Source: Lichenihabitans sp.
GTDB lineage: Bacteria > Pseudomonadota > Alphaproteobacteria > Rhizobiales > Beijerinckiaceae
Assembly (NCBI GenBank): GCA_036276175.1
Contig: DATBEH010000040.1
Location: 1,935 to 65,934, forward strand
Reading direction: 5' to 3'
Length of the DNA stretch: 64,000 bases
In this document: one piece after another, positions 31,506 through 41,348 of the stretch
Layout of the letters: each line of letters starts with the position of its first letter
Numbering within the stretch: the stretch's first letter is position 1
The notes under the pieces: model-generated
The model's database searches: none
What the model was told of the DNA's origin: nothing
The model's input: only the letters and a program-made list of their open reading frames with translations
Translations under genes and position numbers: made by a program

Positions 31506-31542
31506 CAGATTCTTGTCAAGCCATGATTGCGAGCCGATCAAG

Positions 31543-32586
31543 TCAGCGACGCGTGCTGCTCCGCATGACGATCCGAAAGGGGAATTCATGTCGCCTGTCC
31601 GCGACCAGCCTGCCGTTCAGCCGCGCCACGATCATCTCGCCGGCCTTCTGGCCGATTTCGAGCGCCGGGACATGCACGGTGGTCAGTTGCGGGGTGACGA
31701 TCCGTCCGACGTCGAGGTCGTGGAAGCCCGCGATCCCGAGCCGCTCGGGAACATCGAGGCCATGCGCACGGCAGGCCAGCAGCGCGCCGACGGCGTAGAT
31801 GTCGCTGGTGAAGAAGACCGCGTCGATGGCCTGGTCGCGCTTGATGAGCGACAGCAGCGCCGTGGCCCCCGTCTCGGGGCGGATCGCCTCCTCGTCGCGG
31901 ACGATATGGACCGGGAGGGCGTCGAGCCCGCTCTCGACCATGGCCTGCCCATAGCCGGCCGCGCGGTGCCGGGCGCGCTCGTTGGTTTCGCTCGGACCGT
32001 TGACGAAGACGATCCGGCGGTAGCCGGCCTCGACCAGGGCCAGCGTCATCCGCCGGGCCGCCTCCCGATTGGAGAAGCCGACCGCCATATCGATAGGTGC
32101 GTCGCTGCTTTCCCAGGTCTCGACGACGGGGATGCCGACCGTCTCGAGGAGCGTGCGGATCTCCGCCGTGTGCGTCAGGCCGGTCAGGACCAGGGCATCG
32201 GGCCGACGTTCGAGCATCGCGCGGATCTGCATCTCCTCGACATCGGCCCGATAGGAACTGGCGGCGACGATGAGGCCGATGCCGCTCTCGGCCAGCACGT
32301 CGCCGACGCCTTCGAGCGTATCGGCGAACAGCGAATGGCGCAGCGTCGGCACAATGGCGGCGACGAGGCCCGAGCGCCCGCGCGTCAGGCTTCCGGCCAC
32401 CTGGTTAGGGATGTAGCCGAGACGCTCGATCGCCAGGGCGACGCGCGCCCGCGTATCCGGGTGCACGCGCTCGGGCTGGCGCAGCACGCGCGAGACCGTC
32501 ATCTTGGTGACGCCGGCGAGCGCCGCCACATCGGTCATGGTGGCGCCGAGCCCCTTTCGATCCGGCTTCGCCGACCTGTCGTTCAC
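31543..32586 (-). CDS. LacI family regulator (GntR/IdnR-like)
   Basis: ATMTDVAALAGVTKMTVSRVL HTH, LGYIPNQVAGSL, IAGFHD, PQLTTV; start GTG 32586 or ATG 32538. Confidence 0.93.
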   Translation of the reverse strand: MNDRSAKPDRKGLGATMTDVAALAGVTKMTVSRVLRQPERVHPDTRARVALAIERLGYIPNQVAGSLTRGRSGLVAAIVPTLRHSLFADTLEGVGDVLAESGIGLIVAASSYRADVEEMQIRAMLERRPDALVLTGLTHTAEIRTLLETVGIPVVETWESSDAPIDMAVGFSNREAARRMTLALVEAGYRRIVFVNGPSETNERARHRAAGYGQAMVESGLDALPVHIVRDEEAIRPETGATALLSLIKRDQAIDAVFFTSDIYAVGALLACRAHGLDVPERLGIAGFHDLDVGRIVTPQLTTVHVPALEIGQKAGEMIVARLNGRLVADRRHEFPFRIVMRSSTRR

Positions 32587-32883
32587 GCCCGCTTTCCTTC
32601 CGCAGCCAGGCCGAGGACAATGGCTCATGGCGCCGCCCGGATCGAGCCTTAGCACGGGCCGGCCGATCCCGGGCGTGTGACGGAGCGGGCTCTGTCAAAC
32701 TCGGCGACACGACGGGCGCCGACAAGCGGGCCGCCTGCACGACCGGGTCGGGCGGGAAGCAGACCCTCCTTCCGGGTGTGTCCGCCAGGCCAACGGGTTC
32801 TGGCACAGAACATGCGCCTCGCTCAGCCAGGTTGAACTCGATCACCGAAAAAACCAGGGCACCGGGTGAAGGTCTCGAGAGCT

Positions 32884-32978
32884 CCTCATCCTGAGGAGCG
32901 CGCGAGCGCCGTCTCGAAGGACGAGGAGCCACCCTCGTACTTCGAGACGAATGCTATCGCATTCGGCTCAGTATGAGG
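32884..32978. repeat. REP-like palindromic element (CCTCATCCTGAGGAGC...GTCTCGAAGGA...TTCGAGACG...ATGAGG type)
   Basis: Nested inverted repeats CCTCAT/ATGAGG and CGTCTCGAAG/CTTCGAGACG. Confidence 0.8.
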
Positions 32979-33024
32979 GTGCAAAGGGCTTCACCCGATC
33001 GCCTGCCGAAGGGACTGGAAGGCA

Positions 33025-33053
33025 TTGCACGGTGACTCCTTTGAGCATATAAT
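33025..33053 (+). promoter_or_regulatory. Sigma70-type promoter of the RES-Xre operon
   Basis: TTGCAC-N17-TATAAT, followed immediately by palindrome TTGCGCAA, 21 bp before ATG 33075. Confidence 0.75.
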
Positions 33054-33074
33054 TTGCGCAATGGAGCATTTGTA

Positions 33075-33560
33075 ATGACTAAGACTGCTGCTCGATCCGG
33101 CAGAAGCCAGCGGTTCCGCGCTGGGCCTTCGGTAGGCTTCTACCACGATCTCTACCGGACCCAGGTCATAGATCGTATCAAAATGGTCACTGCGGGTGTG
33201 TCAGCGGCCGATGCTAAGCTGTGGCTCAACATTCCCGCCCTGGGCCGAAACTTCACGCTCAACGCCCTGGATCTGTCGATCGCCACCTTCAACAAGAAGG
33301 TGAAGGCGAACGCCAAGCTCTCTCCGGCGGAGAGCGAACGGGTTGTCGGATTCGCCCGGCTGGTCGGTCAAATCGAAGCCATGATCGAGGAAGCCGGTGG
33401 CCCGTCGGATTTCGACGTGCAGGCATGGCTGGCGCGCTGGCTCACCGAACCTCTGCCAGCCCTCGGCAATGCCAAGCCGATCGACTTCATGAACACCATG
33501 GAGGGTCAAAACTTAGTTTCCGAGAAGCTCGCCCAGGTCGCCAGCGGCGCGTACGCATGA
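33075..33560 (+). CDS. Xre/MbcA/ParS-type antitoxin
   Basis: LSPAESERVVGFARLVGQ...WL..PLPALGNAKP.D.MNTMEGQ.LV...GAYA C-terminal domain. Confidence 0.9.
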   Translation: MTKTAARSGRSQRFRAGPSVGFYHDLYRTQVIDRIKMVTAGVSAADAKLWLNIPALGRNFTLNALDLSIATFNKKVKANAKLSPAESERVVGFARLVGQIEAMIEEAGGPSDFDVQAWLARWLTEPLPALGNAKPIDFMNTMEGQNLVSEKLAQVASGAYA

Positions 33561-34039
33561 GCCAGATCGTCTGGCGCATCGCAGCCGACACTGCGACGTA
33601 CCAAGCGGACGATCTTTCCGGCGGTGGGGCTAAAGCGACAGGAGGGCGGTGGAATGAGAAGGATTACGCGGTCCTCTACACGTCGACGACGCGCGCCCTC
33701 GCTTGCCTCGAAACGCTCGTACACTTGAACGCTAGCGGGTTGCCGCTGAACCGCTACTTGGTCGAATTCACAATTCCGGATCCGGTATGGGCAGCGGCGC
33801 AGCGAGAATCCCAAGAGAGCCTGCCTGTCGGCTGGGACGCCGAACCGGCCAGCGTGACCGGCATCCAGTTCGGCACCGATTGGATCATCAACAGCAGCTC
33901 CGCCCTGCTGGTCCTGCCCTCGGTGGTTGTTCCGGAGGAGTTCAACGTCCTCATCAATCCCGCACATTCCGATGTGGGGCGCATCACGTGCAGGAAGGTC
34001 CGGAAATGGCTCTACGACCCGCGCTTGCACCGGCCCTGA
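33557..34039 (+). CDS. RES-domain toxin (ParT/MbcT-like, NAD+-consuming family)
   Basis: VWRI, GGRWN, LACLETLVH, LPSVVVPEEFNVLINPAH; ATGA overlap with the antitoxin. Confidence 0.92.
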   Translation: MSQIVWRIAADTATYQADDLSGGGAKATGGRWNEKDYAVLYTSTTRALACLETLVHLNASGLPLNRYLVEFTIPDPVWAAAQRESQESLPVGWDAEPASVTGIQFGTDWIINSSSALLVLPSVVVPEEFNVLINPAHSDVGRITCRKVRKWLYDPRLHRP

Positions 34040-34224
34040 TGAAAGTCCGCTTCGCAAGCGAGATCATTGGTCGTCAGCCGTGGATCTCGATCCAACAACA
34101 TCATCGGTGAGCAGCCGCTTTGGGTCGGAGGCGGTCCAAAGCTTTCGACTGAAAACCGGACGCCATGCCGCCGGCCTGCTCTGTTCAGTCCGTTCGGGTT
34201 TTTGCACGGCCTGGGAGCCGAGTC

Positions 34225-35196
34225 ATGAACATCACCAAGATCGAGACACTCTGGTTCGAGGCGGTGCCCGATGCCGCGTGGCGTGCCGCCCATGGAGCCC
34301 CGGCAGGCGCTGCCCAACAATCTGTGGGTCAAGCTCCACACGGATCGGGGTCTCGTCGGGCTCGGCGAGACCTACTACGTCCCGCGGGCGACGGCCGCGG
34401 TCGTGCACGACGTCTTCGCGCCGCTCTTGATCGGGCGCGACGCCCGCGACATCGAGAACCATTGGGCCAACCTCTTCGCCCTCGTGAGCTTCTGCGGCGC
34501 CATGGGGGCGGAGATGCGGGCGCTCTCGGCCATCGACATCGCGCTGTGGGATCTCGCCGGGCAGAACGCCGGAGAGCCGATCTACAGCATGCTCGGCGGC
34601 CGCAGCCGCGACCGCATCGCGGTCTACAACACCTGCGTCGGGGCGGGTGCCTACGACGATCTCGAGGCCCGCTCGGCGGGCGGGCGCCTTGGCCGAAAGC
34701 CGCCTCGGCGAGGGCGTCAAGGCGATGAAGATCTGGCCCTTCGACCAGTTCGCGCCGACCCTCGCCGGTCCAGCGCAATCGCGCGCGCCGATGACGATCT
34801 GGGGCGCCCAGAGCGCGGCGGGCGTGCTCGGCCAGCGCATCGAGACCGACGACCTCAAGGCGGGAATCGCGATCGTCGCCGACATCCGGCGCGCGGCCGG
34901 CGATCGGATGGCGATCGCCATCGAGGGGCATGCCCGCTGGGGGCTGCCGGCGGCGACCCGCATCGCCCGGGCTCTGGAGCCCTACGACATCCTCTGGCTG
35001 GAAGAGATCATGCCGCCCGACAATGTCGAGAGCTACGTCCGGCTGAAAGCGGAGACGGCCATCCCGATCTGCCAGAGCGAACGCGTCTTCACCCGAGCAG
35101 CCCGGGCTCGGCACGCGCCTGCGTGACGACCTGGCGAGCCGCCCGGGCGCCCATGTCGAGATCTCGACGGCCGAGACGCTGGCCCAGCGGCGCTAA
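34225..35196 (+). pseudogene. Mandelate racemase/enolase-superfamily pseudogene (two frameshifts plus internal deletion)
   Basis: MNITKIETLW, then shifted frame WVKLHTDRGLVGLGET...SAIDIALWDL, then KAMKIWPF...WLEE...ERVFTR, then fused to C-terminal EQPGLG...QRR-TAA. Confidence 0.88.
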
Positions 35197-35296
35197 GCAG
35201 GCTTTCACAAGCTTGCTTGCACTTGGAATGTTGAGCGGCATTGATTTTGCTTGGAAAAAAAATCAATCGTAGCGTTCGCCACGCAGGGCTGCTTAA
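35193..35296 (+). repeat. 104-bp palindromic element, copy 2
   Basis: Terminal inverted repeats CTAAGCAG/CTGCTTAA; internal hairpins; homologous to 24573..24672. Confidence 0.85.
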
Positions 35297-35363
35297 GGGA
35301 TGGCGAGAGGCGCGCCTCCTCGCCCATGGTGGACGCGCGGGGTCCGTATCAGGAGCGGCCATC

Positions 35364-36227
35364 ATGTCCAGCGATCCCGACGCTCTCGACCTCGGCGCGC
35401 TGAAGGCTTGGATCGGCCGCCGGGAAACGGCCACCGATATCGTCACGCCGCGTCTCGACGCCTCGCTGCGCGCGGTCTTCGATCGGCCGCCGGGCGAGCC
35501 GGCCGCCGGCGATCCGGCGACGCCGACGATCCACTGGTGCCTGACCCCGGCCATCGCGCGCATGTCCGAACTCGGCGAGGACGGCCATCCCCGGCGCGGC
35601 GGCTTCCTGCCGCCGGTGCCGCTGCCGCGCCGCATGTGGGCCGGCGGCGAGTTGACGATGACGGATCCGCTGCGGGTCGGCGACACGGTGACGCGCCAGT
35701 CGCGGATCGAGGCGGTGGAGGCCAAGACGGGACGCTCCGGTCCGCTCTGCTTCGTCACCGTGCGGCATCTCTATTCGACCGGCCGCGGGCCGGCGATCGA
35801 GGAGCGGCAGGACATCGTCTACCGGGGCGAATCGCCGAACGGAGCAGGTGCTCCCGCGGCGCCCGCATCCGTCCCGCCGGGAGCGGAGCGGCAGCGCGGC
35901 TTTCCCTGCGATCCCGTGCTGCTGTTCCGCTACTCCGCGCTGACCTTCAACGGCCATCGCATCCACTACGACCTCGACTATGCCATGCGTCAGGAAAGCT
36001 ATCCCGGCCTCGTGGTCCACGGCCCGCTTCAGGCCGCGGCGCTGATCGGCTTTGCGGCCGATATCCACGGCGCCGTGCCGCGTACCTTCTCCTTCCGGGG
36101 CGTGAGCCCGCTCATCGCCGGCGTCTCCGTCACGCTCAATGCGGCGAGCGATGCCGACGGCCTTCGGCTCTGGGCGAGCGACGTGGAGAGACGCGTCACC
36201 ATGCAGGCCGCCGCCCGATGGAGCTGA
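35364..36227 (+). CDS. Double hot-dog acyl-CoA hydratase (MaoC / mesaconyl- or itaconyl-CoA hydratase-like)
   Basis: LPPVPLPRRMWAGG, LFRYSALTFNGHRIHYD, GLVVHGPL motifs. Confidence 0.88.
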   Translation: MSSDPDALDLGALKAWIGRRETATDIVTPRLDASLRAVFDRPPGEPAAGDPATPTIHWCLTPAIARMSELGEDGHPRRGGFLPPVPLPRRMWAGGELTMTDPLRVGDTVTRQSRIEAVEAKTGRSGPLCFVTVRHLYSTGRGPAIEERQDIVYRGESPNGAGAPAAPASVPPGAERQRGFPCDPVLLFRYSALTFNGHRIHYDLDYAMRQESYPGLVVHGPLQAAALIGFAADIHGAVPRTFSFRGVSPLIAGVSVTLNAASDADGLRLWASDVERRVTMQAAARWS

Positions 36228-36253
36228 CCGATCCGGAATGATCGGTGGCGATC

Positions 36254-36883
36254 TCAGCGTCCCGCCTGTCGCCCGCGCCGGCGCTTCTGCTTGGCCCGGT
36301 TGCCGCAGACCTCCATCTCGCACCACCGGCGGTTGCTGCTCTTGGTCGTATCGAGGAACAGCCAGCCGCAATGATGGCCCTGGCATTGCTTGAGCCGAGC
36401 GCGGTCGGCGGCCGTGATGATCGCCATGGCGGAGGCGGCGATCGGGCCGAGGACCGCCTCCTCGGGGGCTTGGTCGACTTCCCATGTCCAGCCGAAGCCG
36501 CCGTCGCGCGTGGTCAGCCGGCCGTTGGCCAGACAATCCGCATGGGTCGCGGCCACGACGTCGATGGCAGGCTGGTCGGGCGTCCGGCCCTGCACCAGCG
36601 CGGTATCGACGTCGTAGATGGCGTCGCGCAGGCGCAGCGCCCGCTCGAACAGGCGCGTGGCGATCGCTGCATCGGCATCGCACCGGTGGCGCAGTCGCGC
36701 TTCCCTCGCCGCGTCGAGGACGCCGACATGGCGCGCCCAGGCCACCAGATTGTCGATCGTCCGGAGATGGTCCTGGTGATCGGGCGTGCCGCGCCCCGAC
36801 GACGTGTTGCAGAAGTCGAAGGCCAGGACGCCGCCGATCAGCGGCAAGGATCCGGCGCGGGACGGCGGCATCTGCGAAGTCAT
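36254..36883 (-). CDS. ABATE / CGNR zinc-finger protein
   Basis: LAFDFCNT at the N-terminus; C-terminal CQGHHCGWLFLD...RRWC.MEVCGNRAK. Confidence 0.92.
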   Translation of the reverse strand: MTSQMPPSRAGSLPLIGGVLAFDFCNTSSGRGTPDHQDHLRTIDNLVAWARHVGVLDAAREARLRHRCDADAAIATRLFERALRLRDAIYDVDTALVQGRTPDQPAIDVVAATHADCLANGRLTTRDGGFGWTWEVDQAPEEAVLGPIAASAMAIITAADRARLKQCQGHHCGWLFLDTTKSSNRRWCEMEVCGNRAKQKRRRGRQAGR

Positions 36884-36948
36884 GCCCCAAGCAGAGCGGG
36901 CAAACGGGTGCTGCCGTCAATGCCGTTCGGCACGACCGCGGCGCTTTT

Positions 36949-37521
36949 CTACCGGCCGGCCGTGGGCCGGCGGTGGGGGCCCAAGACCTTGCAGAACATG
37001 GTCGTCTCGGCGAGCCGCCCGTCCGCCCTGTAGGCATGGTCGGGGACTCGGCCGTAGTCGATCCAGCCGCAGCTCCGGTAGAGCCGCTCGCCGGCGCTGC
37101 CGCTTTCCGTATCGAGCAGCAGCAGTGTGCGGCCGGCGGCGCGGGCCGCGGCCTCGACTGCCGTCAGCAGGCGGCGGCCGAGCCCTTGGCGCCGCGCCGA
37201 GAACAAGACCAGCATCTTGCCGACCTCGGCGCGATGCGGCGCATTGGGCTGGCGCGCCGGGAACAGAAGCGCCGTCGCGACGAGACGCTGCCCATCGTCG
37301 CCGACGAAGAGCCGCGTCTCGCCTGCCGCGAGCGCGGCAAGCTGATTGCGCCAGAAGGCCGATCCCTCGTGCCGGGAAAATCCAGCCAGGAAATTGACCG
37401 ATGCGCCATGCTCGACGGCATCGACCAGAATGTCCGCAAGCTCGCCGAGGCGCGCTTCGGCCTCGGGAGCGTCGATCTCGCGGATCGCGACGGCGGTCGG
37501 CGGAGCAGCGGGACCGGTCAC
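36949..37521 (-). CDS. GNAT acetyltransferase (TtR-like)
   Basis: GASVNF, PNAPHRAEVGKMLV...ARRQGLG, LLLLDT. Confidence 0.9.
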   Translation of the reverse strand: MTGPAAPPTAVAIREIDAPEAEARLGELADILVDAVEHGASVNFLAGFSRHEGSAFWRNQLAALAAGETRLFVGDDGQRLVATALLFPARQPNAPHRAEVGKMLVLFSARRQGLGRRLLTAVEAAARAAGRTLLLLDTESGSAGERLYRSCGWIDYGRVPDHAYRADGRLAETTMFCKVLGPHRRPTAGR

Positions 37522-37618
37522 GATCTCGGCCCCCCACGACAGACGATGACGGCATAGCGGACGACGTGCCGGGTGGGGTTGGTGAAGCGGATCGGGCGGT
37601 CGAAGGTCATCCTGAGCC

Positions 37619-39112
37619 CTAGCGGAACGGCGGTTCGTCGAAGCTGCGCAGCTTGCGCGAATGAAGGCCCCCCCGGTCCCGCCGCAGCGCGTCGAGCGCC
37701 GCGAGGCCGATCAGCAGATGCTCGCCGACCGCCCGCTCGTAGAAGGCATTGGCCGAGCCCGGCAGCTTGATCTCGCCGTGCAGCGGCTTGTCGGAAACGC
37801 AGAGCAGCGTGCCGTAGGGCACCCGCAACCGGTAGCCCTGCGCCGCGACCGTGCCGCTCTCCATGTCGACGGCGATCGAACGCGACAGGTTGATGCGCCG
37901 CCGCTCCTGCGAGAAGCGTAGCTCCCAGTTGCGGTCGTCGTAGGTCACGACGGTACCGGTGCGCAGCCGCTGCTTGAGGGCCTCGGCCTTCTCGCCGGTG
38001 ACGGAGGCGGCGGCCGACTGCAGCGCCATCTGCACCTCGGCGAGGGCCGGTTCCGGCACGTCCGTCGGCACGAGCTCGTCGAGGATGCGGTCGCGCCGCA
38101 TGTAGCCGTGGGCCAGCACATAATCGCCGATCGATTGCGACTGCCGCAGGCCCCCGCAATGGCCGACCATCAGCCAGCAATGCGGCCGCAGCACCGCCAG
38201 ATGATCGGTGATCGTCTTGGCGTTCGACGGCCCCACCCCGATGTTGACCAGCGTCGTGCCGCTCGGGGCGCCGTTGGGATCGCGGCCGACGAGATGATAG
38301 GCCGGCATCTGGAAGCGATGCCAGGGCGAGGCCGCGATGACGGCCGCGGGATCGGCCGAGGCCGCCTCGCTTCGCTCGACGCTGATCCCGCCCGGCAGGA
38401 TCAGCCGCTCGAAACCGCCCTCTCCTTTCGCCATCGCCGCCAATCCGACGCGCACGAACTGGTCGACGTAGCGGTGATAATTGGTGAGCAGGATCCAGGG
38501 CTGGATGGTGCGCCAGTCGGAGCCCGTATAGTGGACGAGGCGCCGCAGCGAGAAATCGATGCGCACGGCGTCGAAGAGCGCCAGCGGCCGCGGCGCCTGC
38601 GAGTCGTTCGTCAGCCACAGGCCGTCGGCGATCTCGTCACCGACGGCCGAGAGCAGCGGCGTCGGGAAGAAGCGGGCGAGATCGGTCGCGCTGACGCCGC
38701 CGGCGAGGTCGGTGCCGGGCTCGACGACGTAAGGGTAGGGGATCTCCTGGGCGCTCGAACCGACCTCGATGGCGACGCCGTAATCGTCGGCCAGCGGACG
38801 CAGTTGCTCGAGCAGGTACGGACGGAAGTAATCGGGCTGCGTCACCGTCGTCGCATAGATGCCGGGCGCCTGGAATTTTGCCGTGGCGCGCTTGATGCGC
38901 GGCATCGGCCCGTCCGGCGCATAGGTGACCCGCAACTCGGGATAGCGGAAGCTGAGCCGGGTCGCGAGGTCGGGCGGCGGGCCGCCGTCGATGAAGCTCG
39001 ACAGCGCCTCGCGCAACGCCTCGGTGGCTCCGGCATGCAGGCGGCTCAGCCGATCGACGGCCGCCTCGGGCGAGGCCATCGTCTCGATCGGCCGAAGTTC
39101 TTCGCTCTGCAC
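37619..39112 (-). CDS. amn: AMP nucleosidase
   Basis: LTNYHRYVD, QMPAYHL, NIGVGPSNAKTITDH, GHCGGLR, DMES, VSDKPLHGEIKLPG; GTG start. Confidence 0.96.
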   Translation of the reverse strand: MQSEELRPIETMASPEAAVDRLSRLHAGATEALREALSSFIDGGPPPDLATRLSFRYPELRVTYAPDGPMPRIKRATAKFQAPGIYATTVTQPDYFRPYLLEQLRPLADDYGVAIEVGSSAQEIPYPYVVEPGTDLAGGVSATDLARFFPTPLLSAVGDEIADGLWLTNDSQAPRPLALFDAVRIDFSLRRLVHYTGSDWRTIQPWILLTNYHRYVDQFVRVGLAAMAKGEGGFERLILPGGISVERSEAASADPAAVIAASPWHRFQMPAYHLVGRDPNGAPSGTTLVNIGVGPSNAKTITDHLAVLRPHCWLMVGHCGGLRQSQSIGDYVLAHGYMRRDRILDELVPTDVPEPALAEVQMALQSAAASVTGEKAEALKQRLRTGTVVTYDDRNWELRFSQERRRINLSRSIAVDMESGTVAAQGYRLRVPYGTLLCVSDKPLHGEIKLPGSANAFYERAVGEHLLIGLAALDALRRDRGGLHSRKLRSFDEPPFR

Positions 39113-39196
39113 CTGACGATCCCCTGTTTCGGTTTGGTTTTGCGTCTCGACCAGCCGCGATCATATCCTACGCGGATGGTAAAGGCAGGCAGGCGA

Positions 39197-39442
39197 ATGG
39201 CTCTCTACGTGAAAAGCGCCGAGGTCGATGCGTTGGCCGAGCGCCTGGCCGCTCGCAAACGCGTCAGCAAGACGGAGGCCGTCCGGGTGGCGCCTTAGAC
39301 CGAGTGGGACCGGGAGCAAGCCGCGGACGACTTGGTGGAGATTGCGGTTGCATTTTGCCGCGATCTTCGGGCGCGAGCGCCCATGTTCGATCCGGAGGCG
39401 GCCGGCAAGGATTTCATCGACAGTCTCTCCGAAGAAGGCTGA
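39197..39442 (+). pseudogene. vapB: VapB-type antitoxin with in-frame TAG at 39296-39298
   Basis: MALYVKSAEVDALAERLAARKRVSKTEAVRVAP-TAG-TEWDRE...KDFIDSLSEEG-TGA, with the TGA overlapping the vapC ATG. Confidence 0.8.
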
Positions 39443-39837
39443 TGTTCGTCGACGCCTCCGCGCTCTGTGCGATGCTCGCCAGCGAGAAGGACGCCAGACT
39501 TTTGGCGGCTCGGCTGCGGCGGGATGCGACGAGGATCACCTCGCCCGTGGCGATTTGAGAGACGGTTGTGACGCTCAGGCGGATTTTCGGCCTGCCGGTC
39601 GGCGAGGCTCGAGCGATCGCCGACCGCTATCTGGTCGTCACAGGCATCGAGGTCCGGGCGATCCCCCCGCAAGCTGCGGCCCTGGCCCTGCAGGCCTTCG
39701 ATCGCTTCGGAAAAGGACGGCATCCGGCCCGGCTGAATTTCGGCGATTGCTTCGCCTACGCCTGCGCCCGATGTTTCGGCACGACGCTTCTCTGCAAAGG
39801 TGACGGTTTCCCGCAGACCGACATCGAGCTGGCCTGA
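39442..39837 (+). pseudogene. vapC: VapC PIN-domain toxin with in-frame TGA at 39556-39558
   Basis: MFVDASAL...SPVAI-TGA-ETV...FGKGRHPARLNFGDCFAYA...LLCKGDGF; the stop sits where homologues usually have Trp. Confidence 0.85.
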
Positions 39838-39840
39838 CGG

Positions 39841-41238
39841 TCACACGTGGATGGCGCGCTTGTCGACCGCCATGGCGGCCTCCTTCACGGCTTCCGACAT
39901 GGTCGGATGGGCATGGCAGGTGCGGGCCAGGTCCTCGGCCGAGCCGCCGAACTCCATCAGCACCGAGGCCTCCTGGATCAATTCGCCGGCGACGGCCGAG
40001 ATCATGTGGACGCCAAGCACGCGGTCGGTCTCGGCATGGGCCAGCACCTTGACGAAGCCGTCCGTGTGGCGCATCGCCCGCGCCCGGCCGTTCGCCGTAT
40101 AGGGGAACTTGCCGACCCGGTAGGGCGTGCCGGCGGCCTCGAGCTCCTCCTCGGTCGCGCCGACGGCGGCGACCTCCGGCATGGTGTAGATCACCGACGG
40201 GATGACGCCGTAGCTCACATGTCCGGCCTGGCCGGCCAGGATCTCGGCCACGGCGATGCCCTCGTCCTCGGCCTTGTGGGCCAGCATCGGCCCGCGCACC
40301 ACATCGCCGATGGCGTAGATGCCCGGCACGTTGGTGGCGAAATGATCGTCGATCACGACCCGGCCCCGCTCGGTCGCGACGCCGGCCTCGTCGAGCCCGA
40401 GCCCGTCCGTGACGGCGCGTCGACCGGTCGCGACGAGCACCACGTCGGCGTCGAGCGTGCGGGCGTCGCCGCCCGCGACGGGCGCGAAGCTCACGGTCGC
40501 GCCGTCCCCCCGCGCGGCGACTCCCGAAACCTTCTGGCCGAGATGGAATGTCAGGCCCTGCTTCTCCAGCATGCGCTGGAACTGCCTGGCGATCTCGCCG
40601 TCGATGCCCGGCAGGATGCGGTCGAGGAATTCGACGACCTCGACCTCGGCGCCGAGCCGCTGCCACACCGAGCCGAGCTCGAGCCCGATGACGCCCGCGC
40701 CGATCACCACCATCCGTTTCGGCACGGCGGGCAGCACCAGCGCGCCGGTCGAGGAGACGATCGTCGTCTCGTCGATGGCGACGCCCGGCAGGGTTGAGGC
40801 CTCCGAGCCCGTGGCGATGACGATGGCCTTGGTCTCGATCGTCTCGGTCTTGCCATCATCGGCCTTGACCTCGACGCGGCCGGCGGCCGCGATGCGCCCG
40901 GTGCCGCGGAACGTGTCGACCTTGTTCTTCTTGAACAGGAAGGCGACACCGTTGACGTTGGCCGCCACCGTGTCGTCGCGATGCCGGCCCATCGCGGACC
41001 AATCGAGCTCGGGGGCGGCGGTCTTGATCCCCAGGGCCGAAAAGTCGTGGCCGGCCGCCGCATACATCTCGGAGGCATAGAGCAGCGCCTTCGACGGGAT
41101 GCAGCCCACGTTGAGGCAGGTTCCGCCATAGGTCGCGCGCTTCTCGACGACGGCGGTCTTGAGGCCGAGCTGGGCCGCCCGGATGGCGCAGACATAGCCG
41201 CCGGGGCCGGTGCCGATCACAACGAGGTCGTAGCTCAT
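39841..41238 (-). CDS. lpdA: Dihydrolipoyl dehydrogenase (E3)
   Basis: GTGPGGY, GGTCLNVGCIPSK redox CxxxxC, MLAHKAEDEG, HAHPTMSEA. Confidence 0.97.
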   Translation of the reverse strand: MSYDLVVIGTGPGGYVCAIRAAQLGLKTAVVEKRATYGGTCLNVGCIPSKALLYASEMYAAAGHDFSALGIKTAAPELDWSAMGRHRDDTVAANVNGVAFLFKKNKVDTFRGTGRIAAAGRVEVKADDGKTETIETKAIVIATGSEASTLPGVAIDETTIVSSTGALVLPAVPKRMVVIGAGVIGLELGSVWQRLGAEVEVVEFLDRILPGIDGEIARQFQRMLEKQGLTFHLGQKVSGVAARGDGATVSFAPVAGGDARTLDADVVLVATGRRAVTDGLGLDEAGVATERGRVVIDDHFATNVPGIYAIGDVVRGPMLAHKAEDEGIAVAEILAGQAGHVSYGVIPSVIYTMPEVAAVGATEEELEAAGTPYRVGKFPYTANGRARAMRHTDGFVKVLAHAETDRVLGVHMISAVAGELIQEASVLMEFGGSAEDLARTCHAHPTMSEAVKEAAMAVDKRAIHV

Positions 41239-41348
41239 CGAGGATTGTCAGCCTGATTGTTTGCCTGGAGATTCAATGGCATCCAGGCGCAGCCGCTGCA
41301 AGGTCGCGTGCCATCCGTGGAAGCATGGAGCAGCCATGCGCGGGCCGT

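Noticed and set aside
32405-32932. 175-aa minus-strand ORF upstream of lacI
   Set aside because: Starts inside a REP element and runs out of frame into lacI; no protein-like features.
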